This document shows, in pieces, positions 1 through 7,607 of a DNA stretch of 64,000 nt (positions are counted from its first letter, which is position 1; the number at the start of each line of letters is the position of its first letter). The stretch covers positions 52,085 to 116,084 of the forward strand of contig JABZKB010000002.1 in assembly GCA_015257505.1 (NCBI GenBank), given 5' to 3'. A program made the position numbers and the translations under genes. This stretch comes from Candidatus Nanosynbacter sp. GTDB lineage: Bacteria; Patescibacteriota; Saccharimonadia; Saccharimonadales; Saccharimonadaceae. The notes beneath the pieces are model-generated. The model did no database searches. It was not told where the DNA came from and saw only the letters and a list, made by a program, of their open reading frames with translations.

Positions 1-1316
1 TCATCGGTCCAGTCTTCTTCTTTAACATCGTTTAAGGCCTCGATAGTTTCGGTGAGCAGTCCGACGAGTTCGGTTTCGGAATATTTCTTGAGGAATTTGC
101 TGTCTGTAATCATTGAAAGATCAACAACTGGGTCTTCGAAGAAATAGGTTGTCATAGTGCGAAGGTCGGAAAGAGTTTTTAGACGATCGTAGATAATACT
201 GAGAACTGCTTTTTTGTATTCGTCAGTTTCAGTTTTTGCAGATTCTGGCCAGAAGTCGATTGGTTTAAAGATGTCATAGCGTGAGAAGTCTTCAGAGTCA
301 GAGGTCTCACAGGTGCGGGCGTAAAGTTCGTCAATTCCCTGTTCGGTGGCGATTTTACGAATCCATTGACCATTCATCCAGAGGATTTTTACTTCATCAA
401 AGCGAGCGCCAGAATTCTGAATACGGTGAACAGAAAACTTTTCGATAAGCTCTTCGAGTGAATAAATTTCTTGTTCAGTGCCATCATTCCATCCGAGACA
501 GGCAAGATAGTTAGTCATGGCTTCTGGCAAAATACCGTCATCACGATATTCGGTGACGGATTTTGCACCATCGCGTTTGCCAAGTTTTTTATGGCCATTT
601 GGTGCCAAGATATGTGGCAGGGAGACAAAAATGTGGCGTGGAACTTCGAGTGCATCGTAAAGCGCAAGATAATTTGGCGTACTTGAAAGATATTCGACAC
701 CGCGGGTGATGTGACTACATTCCATTAAGGTATCATCAACGATGTGAGCAAAGTTGTAAGTTGGAAGACCGTCACCTTTAATAAGGATAATGTCGTCGCA
801 AACTTCAGGGCCAGTATGAAGGTCGCCCATTACTTCGTCATGCCATGAATATTCTTTTGGAATAGTTTTGAAACGGATTGGCAAGCCTTCGTGCCAGGTT
901 GGGGGATTTTCTGGACGGTGGTTACGATAGAGGTAAGGAACTTTTTTAGCCTCATCTTCCTTACGATATTCGTCGATTTGTTCACTCGAGGTATTGTCGG
1001 CATAGGCGCGACCTTTTTCGATTAATTTTTTTGCCCATTCGATATAGATGGCTTTACGTTCGGTTTGAACGTAAGGTACGTGTGGGCCACCGACGATTGG
1101 ACCTTCGTCCCATTCGAGGCCGAGCCAGCGGAGAGTATCGAAGATCAATTCGGTAGCACCCTCAACAAAACGAGCCTGGTCAGTATCTTCAATGCGAAGG
1201 ATAAACTGTCCGCCTGCTTGCTTTGCAATTAAGTATGGATAAATGGCACTTCTAATATTGCCAATGTGGATATAGCCGGTTGGGCTAGGTGCGAATCGGG
1301 TGCGAATTTTCTTCAT
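1..1316 (-). CDS. gltX: Glutamyl-tRNA synthetase, N-terminal portion; the gene runs off the window start
   Basis: Reverse-strand translation from the ATG at 1314-1316 gives MKKIRTRFAPSPTGYIHIGNIRSAIYPYLIAKQAGGQFILRIEDTDQARF... This carries the class I HIGH motif and GluRS signature (RFAPSPTGYxHIG, RIEDTD). The frame stays open to position 1. Confidence 0.8.
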   Translation of the reverse strand, partial: MKKIRTRFAPSPTGYIHIGNIRSAIYPYLIAKQAGGQFILRIEDTDQARFVEGATELIFDTLRWLGLEWDEGPIVGGPHVPYVQTERKAIYIEWAKKLIEKGRAYADNTSSEQIDEYRKEDEAKKVPYLYRNHRPENPPTWHEGLPIRFKTIPKEYSWHDEVMGDLHTGPEVCDDIILIKGDGLPTYNFAHIVDDTLMECSHITRGVEYLSSTPNYLALYDALEVPRHIFVSLPHILAPNGHKKLGKRDGAKSVTEYRDDGILPEAMTNYLACLGWNDGTEQEIYSLEELIEKFSVHRIQNSGARFDEVKILWMNGQWIRKIATEQGIDELYARTCETSDSEDFSRYDIFKPIDFWPESAKTETDEYKKAVLSIIYDRLKTLSDLRTMTTYFFEDPVVDLSMITDSKFLKKYSETELVGLLTETIEALNDVKEEDWTD

Positions 1317-1345
1317 AATAAGATAAGTATAGCACCTTTTTTATT

Positions 1346-2677
1346 CTATAGAGAGGTTACGATATTCTTGATTTGTTTTTTGGTGAGTTCGCCTTGGAAA
1401 TTATTGATTTTATAGACAATACCAGCGTTAACCCAGGCGGCGTTGGATCCGCTAATATATATTGTGATTCCCTGCTCGCGGACAGAGTCATAATTCTCAC
1501 CCCACTTAGTTTTTACGTAACGGTTCAAAAGGGCGTTGCTATCCCAAGGGAGTTTTTCTTCAGTGAGGGTGAACTTTGCTTGATTTGGGCCAGTGAAGTC
1601 CATGGCAACACTATTATCTTGTGTGGTGTAGACACCAGAAAGTCGATATTCGCGAGGGATATAACTTGGATAAGTAGCCTGGATACCAGTTTGCATGGCA
1701 GCGACACGTACGGAAATGTCTGGCATATTGGTTTGTGCAATAAAGAAGAGGCTGGCAACTACTGCAGTGGAGCAGAAAAGAGCAAAAGCAAGTCTGGTGC
1801 TTTTTTTATGGATCGATTTTTTCACCGGTTTTACATTTTTTGGCTGAGTAGCAGCAACGACTTGTTTGGCTTTTGGATCTTCACTCATTCTGCTAAAGGC
1901 CGACTCAACTGAGCTAGTGGTCATGTTGGCGGCTGGGATGGCAGCCCTTGTCAGTTTCTTCGCTGGACTTTTAATGGAGGCTTTTGGCTTTAGGCTTGAT
2001 TTGGCTAAAGGCTTTACAAAAGATTTTTTACTTTTAGTAAAGATAGCAGTTGGCTTTTCGATGTTCTCGAGAATCTGTTTTTCTTGCTCAGAGACTGCTG
2101 AGAATGCACGGTCCATTCTTGATTGTTGATCAAAGATGGGAGAGAAACCACTAGGATTTTGTTGAATTTTTTCAGCTGCTTTGCGAATAATAGCAGAGGT
2201 GGTATAAGGATTTTTGACACTGCGAGTGGTGACTGGCTGGGCTGATTGGATTGGCTGGGTTAACTGAACTGGTTGAGCTAGATGAACTGGTTGGGCTAGG
2301 TGAGCTGGTTGGACTAACTGAACTGGCTGAACTGGATGGATTGTTTGAGTTGGATGGATTGGTTGAGCTGGTTGAGCTGGCTGAGACTCACGCATTTTTG
2401 GTTCGTATTTTGGGAAATGTGAAATTGCGGTTGGGTGAGTTTGGTGTGGTTTTATTTCGGTACCATCAGAAATACTGACGTGAAAGGAGGATTTTTTTGG
2501 TGCAGCTTGAGTTTGTTTATTCTTGAATGTAATACTGACGGAGTTTTGATTTTGAATCAAAGGAGTAGTTTGAGCGACTGGACGACGAACATAACGACGA
2601 TTTAATGTGGCAGATGCCTGTAGGATATGGTGGGTACGGCTACTTGTTATATCCTGACCAATAATCTGTCGTTGCAT
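1346..2677 (-). CDS. Hypothetical membrane-anchored protein with a Pro/Gln-rich tandem-repeat region (QPAQPAQPIHPTQ...) and a conserved-looking C-terminal domain
   Basis: 443-aa ORF with one internal hydrophobic helix (LAFALFCSTAVVASLFFIAQ) and a low-complexity QP(A/V)Q repeat block encoded by degenerate 6/12-nt DNA repeats. SD-like GAGGAAG lies 7 nt upstream of the ATG. Confidence 0.6.
   Translation of the reverse strand: MQRQIIGQDITSSRTHHILQASATLNRRYVRRPVAQTTPLIQNQNSVSITFKNKQTQAAPKKSSFHVSISDGTEIKPHQTHPTAISHFPKYEPKMRESQPAQPAQPIHPTQTIHPVQPVQLVQPAHLAQPVHLAQPVQLTQPIQSAQPVTTRSVKNPYTTSAIIRKAAEKIQQNPSGFSPIFDQQSRMDRAFSAVSEQEKQILENIEKPTAIFTKSKKSFVKPLAKSSLKPKASIKSPAKKLTRAAIPAANMTTSSVESAFSRMSEDPKAKQVVAATQPKNVKPVKKSIHKKSTRLAFALFCSTAVVASLFFIAQTNMPDISVRVAAMQTGIQATYPSYIPREYRLSGVYTTQDNSVAMDFTGPNQAKFTLTEEKLPWDSNALLNRYVKTKWGENYDSVREQGITIYISGSNAAWVNAGIVYKINNFQGELTKKQIKNIVTSL
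2225..2400. repeat. Imperfect 6-nt/12-nt tandem DNA repeats (tggctg / tggttg / aactga units) inside CDS 1346..2677
   Basis: Visible as ggctgggctgattggattggctgggttaactgaactggttgagctagatgaactggttgggctaggtgagctggttggactaactgaactggctgaactggatgg... These encode the QP-x-Q protein repeats on the minus strand. Confidence 0.7.
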
Positions 2678-2783
2678 TGTTTATCTTCCTCACTCTTTAT
2701 TACGCTTGTCGTTATTATAAACTATATCGGTTTGGAAAAGCAATACCATTTAAGAAAAAAGAACATGTTATAATATATGAAGT

Positions 2784-4316
2784 ATGGACATTGATAAACG
2801 TAAACGTAATAAGATGATTCGCGTAATTTTCGTGGACATTATTATGTCTCTTGCCGTAGTGGCGTTAGTCTTTGTATTAGTCGCAATTGTAGAGGGGTGG
2901 CGCCTCAGTTCTAATTTGAAATTGGAACAGAACGGAATGGCGCAGATTGAATCATTGCCAACTGGCGCCAAGGTGATCATTGATGGTCGACAGGATTTTA
3001 ACGAAACAAATATTTCAAAATTATTATCAGCTGGTGAACATGAAATTGTATTAAAAAAAGAGGGGTATGATTCTTGGTCGAAGAAGATTCGGATTTCTTC
3101 AGGGCTTTTGACGAGGCTAAGAAATCCACGCCTATTTAAACAAAATCGTACCACGGAAAACGTAGCGGATTTTGAGACTTTGCGTTTTTTGTATGCTTCT
3201 CCTGACCATCGAAGCCTATTGATCGCTTCAAATCAGACGACGAAATGGCAATATATGACTTCGCTGGGTGCTGACAAGGTGGTAACTGAAACTATTGACG
3301 TGAAGGGGATTTTTTCAAATACCAGTGACGGGAATTTTTCTGGTGAAATTCTTGAAGTAAACTGGAATGAGACTGGCGAAAAGGTATTATTAAAGGTGAA
3401 ACGTGGCGAACAGGTCGAGTGGGGGGTAATTAATCTGAAGAAGGTAAATGAAAGTGTGAATTTGTCACAGGCGATCTTGAAATACACTGATAAAAACCTT
3501 AAGAAGACTGATGTTGATAAAAAGAATGAAACTGAGAAGAAGGATACGGTCGAGCAAATAGAGACAAAACATGTACTTTCTAATGTGATAATTGAAGACG
3601 CTTCGGCGAATAAGTTTTTAGCACTAGTGGATGGAAATTTACAAGAAATTGATATTACTGGAAGAAGTCTATCGGAAGCTTATTTAAAAAATATTGCGCA
3701 GTTTAAATTATCTGGTTCAGAAGTAATTTATTTAACTAATGTTGAAAAAGATAAAAGACAAATTGGTATCTATAAACTAGGCGACAAGGGTGGGATTGAG
3801 CTTGAAACGGTTGTGCGTTCAAAACGTGATGCAACGATTTATCTTGGTATTTCGGATTTTGATAATAAGAAATATCTAAGTGTAGTGGTTGATGATTTGT
3901 TTACCATCTATCGTGCGGATGAGTATCCAACTTATGGTAATAATGATAATTTGCCAGAGAAAATCAATGAGGAGAAGCTTGGGTTTACGCCAAAGAGATT
4001 TATAAAATCGTCAAATGGTGAATTTTTCATTGCGGAAACCGATAATAAACTTACTTTATATAATCTTGATCTTGAAGAGATAAATGTGGTTGAGCATGCA
4101 AACACAAATATTTCTTGGCTGGATAACTATATGATGTTTGACGTGGTTGATGGCAAGATGGAAGTTTTTGATTTTGATGGAACTAATCGCAGGACGATTT
4201 TAAATAACAATATTGCGGCAGGATTTGACGCTGTAATTAACTCAAATGATAGATATTTATATTATGTCGCGAAGACGGATAATGGATATAGCTTGAAGCG
4301 AGATAAGCTTTTCTAA
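2784..4316 (+). CDS. PEGA-domain protein with an N-terminal transmembrane anchor and a large extracytoplasmic, beta-propeller-like region
   Basis: 510 aa. TM helix (IIMSLAVVALVFVLVAIV) is followed by a PEGA-like segment (KVIIDGRQDFNETNISKLLSAGEHEIVLKKEGYDSW). TATAAT at 2768-2779 lies just upstream. Confidence 0.6.
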   Translation: MDIDKRKRNKMIRVIFVDIIMSLAVVALVFVLVAIVEGWRLSSNLKLEQNGMAQIESLPTGAKVIIDGRQDFNETNISKLLSAGEHEIVLKKEGYDSWSKKIRISSGLLTRLRNPRLFKQNRTTENVADFETLRFLYASPDHRSLLIASNQTTKWQYMTSLGADKVVTETIDVKGIFSNTSDGNFSGEILEVNWNETGEKVLLKVKRGEQVEWGVINLKKVNESVNLSQAILKYTDKNLKKTDVDKKNETEKKDTVEQIETKHVLSNVIIEDASANKFLALVDGNLQEIDITGRSLSEAYLKNIAQFKLSGSEVIYLTNVEKDKRQIGIYKLGDKGGIELETVVRSKRDATIYLGISDFDNKKYLSVVVDDLFTIYRADEYPTYGNNDNLPEKINEEKLGFTPKRFIKSSNGEFFIAETDNKLTLYNLDLEEINVVEHANTNISWLDNYMMFDVVDGKMEVFDFDGTNRRTILNNNIAAGFDAVINSNDRYLYYVAKTDNGYSLKRDKLF

Positions 4317-4390
4317 AATTGATTATTATTTAATTATCGAATTAATATTAGTAAGTAGATAATAGAAAATAGAGATTTTTTTGATGTATA

Positions 4391-4414
4391 ATATCCTGAT
4401 TTTTTCAGGATATT
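4391..4414. terminator. AT-rich hairpin (atatcctga-ttttt-tcaggatat) between convergent genes; possible bidirectional terminator
   Basis: 9-bp perfect inverted repeat with a T5 loop, sited between the stop of 2784..4316 (+) and the stop of 4420..5847 (-). Confidence 0.4.
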
Positions 4415-4419
4415 AGTCT

Positions 4420-5847
4420 TTAATCTTTTTGATTGGTGAGCCAGCGCCAAACTCGGTCAAAGAATGAACGTTCGTTGGCTGGCATAATGGAAGAACTTTG
4501 GGCTTTGCCTTCAGTGTTATTGCCATTTTCTGTACTATTTTCCTGATTGGCAATTTCTGTAGTTTCCTTTTGTTCGTAGGAAGGATTGATCTGTTCAGCC
4601 ATTACGAGAAGACGGTAGCGATCAGAGCCGAGTGGTGTGCAGGTGATAAGAGTGAGGATTGGCTTGTCAATTTTGTAAACTAGGGCCGCCACATTGGTTG
4701 GTTCTACAGTTTCACGTTTATAAACTTTGTAGGTGTAACGTACGGAGTTATAGTTGACATAAATGAGGTCACCGTCGACTAGTCGTTCGAGGCCGGAAAA
4801 AATAAACTTATATTGATTGTTGCTATAGATATCACCAGCAGAGTGTCCGGAAATAACAAGATTACCAATTTGACCTGGCATAGCATCAGCGCCAGGAATC
4901 TTGAACTGTGCTACACCATGGTTCATGGCGTTATTGATGGTTGCCGTGTCGTTCGAAATGTTGAAGAAAACTGGGACGTCGACGTTGAGTTTTGGAATTA
5001 AAAGACGAGGGTCGGCGGTTGGGGCTTCAGAAACGGTCGGGTCAATGGCGGTAATGCCAGTATCCTTGGTGTTTCCTGGTGCGATATAGGCCATGATTGG
5101 AGCAAAAATTAAACGGTTATATTGCAAGAAAAGAATAAAGAGGACGGAAAAAACGCCAGCAAAAATTGGAACGAATTGTTTATGACGTTTGGAAAGTTTG
5201 AAACTGGAATTAGCCTTTTCGCGAATACGTTCACGAAGGCTAACTTCAACTTGCTTAGCACTAGCTTCAGTCCTGGCGATGGAGTCTTGCGAGAGATAGG
5301 CGTTGGTCGAGGCGGTTTGGGCGCTGAGCTTAGATTTTTCGGTTTCAAGATATTTTTGAGCGGCTTTAGCATAGTATTCGCTGTAATATTTTTGATAATA
5401 ATTTTGCCAATCTGAATGGTATTTTTGCCAATCTGGTGCTTGCTTTGTGAGATTGATCGGGGCCTGCTTAAGCGAGCTACGATTTTCTGAATTATATTTT
5501 TGAATTAGTTCGCTGCGCAAAGTCTGCTCGCCGAGCATGCGGTGTTCAATGCGATGCTGGTTGCTATGTAAAAAAGAGAGAGCAGCAAAAGAGCGATTCT
5601 GTTTGAGGCGATTGAGGGATGAATTTTGTGGCTGTTGGGTTTCGGAAAGATAGTGGCGGCCGGAGGGCTGGACGGTGGCGTTATTCTGAGTGGTGGTATT
5701 CTGATTGATGGTGGTATTATTCTGATTCTGTGCGGCAGAAAGCGAGCCGCTATTTGAATAAGCAGCCAGAACTTTATTGCGAGCGAGTTCAGTAACGGTT
5801 TGTCTCTGTCGATCGCTAGAAGATAGCCCACCATCTTTTGGATTCAT
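4420..5847 (-). CDS. Sortase-family transpeptidase with a ~230-aa N-terminal cytoplasmic extension and one TM helix
   Basis: C-terminal domain carries the sortase catalytic signature: His in VISGHS, Cys in LTLITCTP (TLxTC), and downstream Arg (RYRLLV). The N-terminal region is Gln/Tyr-rich, followed by a TM segment (FVPIFAGVFSVLFILFL). Confidence 0.75.
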   Translation of the reverse strand: MNPKDGGLSSSDRQRQTVTELARNKVLAAYSNSGSLSAAQNQNNTTINQNTTTQNNATVQPSGRHYLSETQQPQNSSLNRLKQNRSFAALSFLHSNQHRIEHRMLGEQTLRSELIQKYNSENRSSLKQAPINLTKQAPDWQKYHSDWQNYYQKYYSEYYAKAAQKYLETEKSKLSAQTASTNAYLSQDSIARTEASAKQVEVSLRERIREKANSSFKLSKRHKQFVPIFAGVFSVLFILFLQYNRLIFAPIMAYIAPGNTKDTGITAIDPTVSEAPTADPRLLIPKLNVDVPVFFNISNDTATINNAMNHGVAQFKIPGADAMPGQIGNLVISGHSAGDIYSNNQYKFIFSGLERLVDGDLIYVNYNSVRYTYKVYKRETVEPTNVAALVYKIDKPILTLITCTPLGSDRYRLLVMAEQINPSYEQKETTEIANQENSTENGNNTEGKAQSSSIMPANERSFFDRVWRWLTNQKD

Positions 5848-5929
5848 GAGTCAATTATATCATTTTTTAGGTTATGTTTGATAAGTTCTGCATGAAAATC
5901 AGGATTTTATGGTAAAATAGAACTGTTAT

Positions 5930-6016
5930 GGGCGAATGGCGGAATTGGTAGACGCGCCAGACTCAAAATCTAGTTCCAGCAATGGAGTGTGGGTTCGATT
6001 CCCACTTCGCCCACCA
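5930..6016 (+). tRNA. tRNA-Leu (anticodon CAA), type II with long variable arm; CCA encoded
   Basis: Manual cloverleaf. Acceptor GGGCGAA/TTCGCCC, anticodon loop CUCAAAA, T-arm GTGGG-TTCGATT-CCCAC, discriminator A, then CCA. Confidence 0.85.
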
Positions 6017-6042
6017 ATCGTGTTTACTTATGATTTTTAGTT

Positions 6043-6064
6043 GGATCCGCGAGGGTCTTTTTTT
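6043..6064 (+). terminator. Rho-independent terminator after tRNA-Leu (GNRA-loop hairpin plus T-run)
   Basis: ggatc-cgcga-gggtc hairpin (5-bp stem, one G.U pair, GCGA loop) followed by tttttttt. Confidence 0.6.
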
Positions 6065-6065
6065 G

Positions 6066-7013
6066 TTAATCAAGATTTAGGTTTTTGTTTTCGGCGTGTT
6101 TTTCGCCGACATTTTTGTATTTTTCAGGGACAATACAGACGATTGGAATATTGTGGTATAAAGCATGTCTTATAGTTAAATCATCGATGCCATACGAACT
6201 ATCCATGTTTCCTCTTGTAAGGATGTAATCTGGTTTTTGCGGCTGGCCTAGTTCGTCATAGCGGTTAATAACTAGTTCATTGAAGTCGTTTGGGGCAGGA
6301 TTTTCCATATCAGCAAGCTCACTTAGTGTGAGGGGAGGCTTTTCTTTTTGATTAATATCTTTTGCGAGATAAGTTTCTGGTTTTATGTAGATATCATCTG
6401 CATTTTTATTTAGAATTGGTTGTTGAATATCTGCCGTTGGTAGTGAACTGCCATCGATTTTTGATATTTCTACGACTGAGTTTGGTCTAACATGATCAAA
6501 AGCGTAACAGCATCCAGATGCGGTGTATCCAGTGATTCCGAAATTTGTGTCAAAATAGGAAGCACAGAAAGTTGCGGATGTAGTGTCACCAAGACCTTCT
6601 ACTTCACTCTGCTTTTTCATCCAAAAGGAGGGGTCGTTTTGTAGTGTTTTTAAGGTGTGGTGTGGCCCTTCGTCGTCTTCTTTATTTTTTGCTTGGGTAA
6701 TTGTATTATAAAAAGAAATACCAGATTGTAGGGTTCTGAGCGGATATCCTTCAAGTATAATGAGGGAGACTTCTTTCTCGCTACCGTCGCTATAATTAAA
6801 GTTAAGCTTCTTGCTACTAATACCATCTTCATTGGCATTTGCTGCATTGATGAGGTCGTCGACTTTTGTGAGTTCAGAATTAAGTTCGCGCTCGATAAGT
6901 TCTTGAGCGGCATTTTCTTTAAATTTATCAATACGTTCGTCGTCAGCTATTTTATTCCATTGATCCAGCCAATCACTGTTTCCTGAAGTATTACTTTCAA
7001 GTCTTTCACTCAT
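6066..7013 (-). CDS. Hypothetical soluble protein of unknown function
   Basis: 315 aa from the second in-frame ATG (MSERLESN...). That ATG has SD AAAGGAG 5 nt upstream and an extended -10 (TGtTAGAAT). No TM segments. The ORF track gives 6066..7037 from an upstream ATG. Confidence 0.55.
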   Translation of the reverse strand: MSERLESNTSGNSDWLDQWNKIADDERIDKFKENAAQELIERELNSELTKVDDLINAANANEDGISSKKLNFNYSDGSEKEVSLIILEGYPLRTLQSGISFYNTITQAKNKEDDEGPHHTLKTLQNDPSFWMKKQSEVEGLGDTTSATFCASYFDTNFGITGYTASGCCYAFDHVRPNSVVEISKIDGSSLPTADIQQPILNKNADDIYIKPETYLAKDINQKEKPPLTLSELADMENPAPNDFNELVINRYDELGQPQKPDYILTRGNMDSSYGIDDLTIRHALYHNIPIVCIVPEKYKNVGEKHAENKNLNLD

Positions 7014-7098
7014 TTTATCTCCTTTTAATATAAGCAATATAGCCTGATTCTAACATATAAAATACGTCTATGTGATATAGTGTATGGATCTTTATTTC

Positions 7099-7127
7099 TG
7101 GTATAATTAATCTATCTTGGAGGTGGT
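7099..7127 (+). promoter_or_regulatory. Extended -10 promoter (TGgTATAAT, 7099-7107) and SD GGAGGTGG (7119-7126) for the 7128 gene
   Basis: Motif read directly from the sequence, upstream of the ATG at 7128. Confidence 0.45.
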
Positions 7128-7601
7128 ATGATGAATAATGAAAATAAAGGTAGGGTAAATCGGACAATTGTTGTGATCTGTGGAGTCTTGCTTGGGGTTG
7201 TGCTGATGGCTTTTGGTGTGTATCGCAATATTAATTCAGAATATTCGAAACTAAATCTGCCGACAGCGGAAAAAATTCAGGCTGAAATTAATGAAGTCTA
7301 TCAAAAATTAGAAACAGATCGCAAGGCATTGCTGGACGAATTTGATAAAAATGGTAAAACTGACGAATATAATGCAATTAACCGTAGAATTCAGGAGAGA
7401 GAAGTCGAAAGGGCGAATCTTGAGGAGAGGCTGCTTCGAATCAATAATCATGAATATGATGGGGTGAAGAAAGATACAATCAATAAATCAGTGCCATTCT
7501 TTGTGGGTGGAATTGTGGTGATTCTAGCTACGCTAATAATTTCAGGTGTGCTATTTTCACTCCAGCAAGGGCGCAAGAAGATAAATAAAAAGGTTTTATA
7601 G
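7128..7601 (+). CDS. Small membrane protein with two TM helices flanking a coiled-coil region; hypothetical
   Basis: 157 aa. TM at residues ~14-35 and ~125-147. The stop lies 6 nt before the ATPase start, so the two are likely co-transcribed. Confidence 0.55.
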   Translation: MMNNENKGRVNRTIVVICGVLLGVVLMAFGVYRNINSEYSKLNLPTAEKIQAEINEVYQKLETDRKALLDEFDKNGKTDEYNAINRRIQEREVERANLEERLLRINNHEYDGVKKDTINKSVPFFVGGIVVILATLIISGVLFSLQQGRKKINKKVL

Positions 7602-7607
7602 GATTTT

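Noticed and set aside
179-700. Short ORFs (179..373 -, 471..686 +, 515..700 -) inside the gltX region
   Set aside because: They lie within or antisense to the continuous GluRS reading frame. Their translations have no coherent features.
2225-2400. Possible CRISPR-like repeat array
   Set aside because: The repeats are 6-12 nt, degenerate, contiguous without spacers, and lie inside a CDS where they encode QPxQ protein repeats. This is not a CRISPR array. No cas genes are present.
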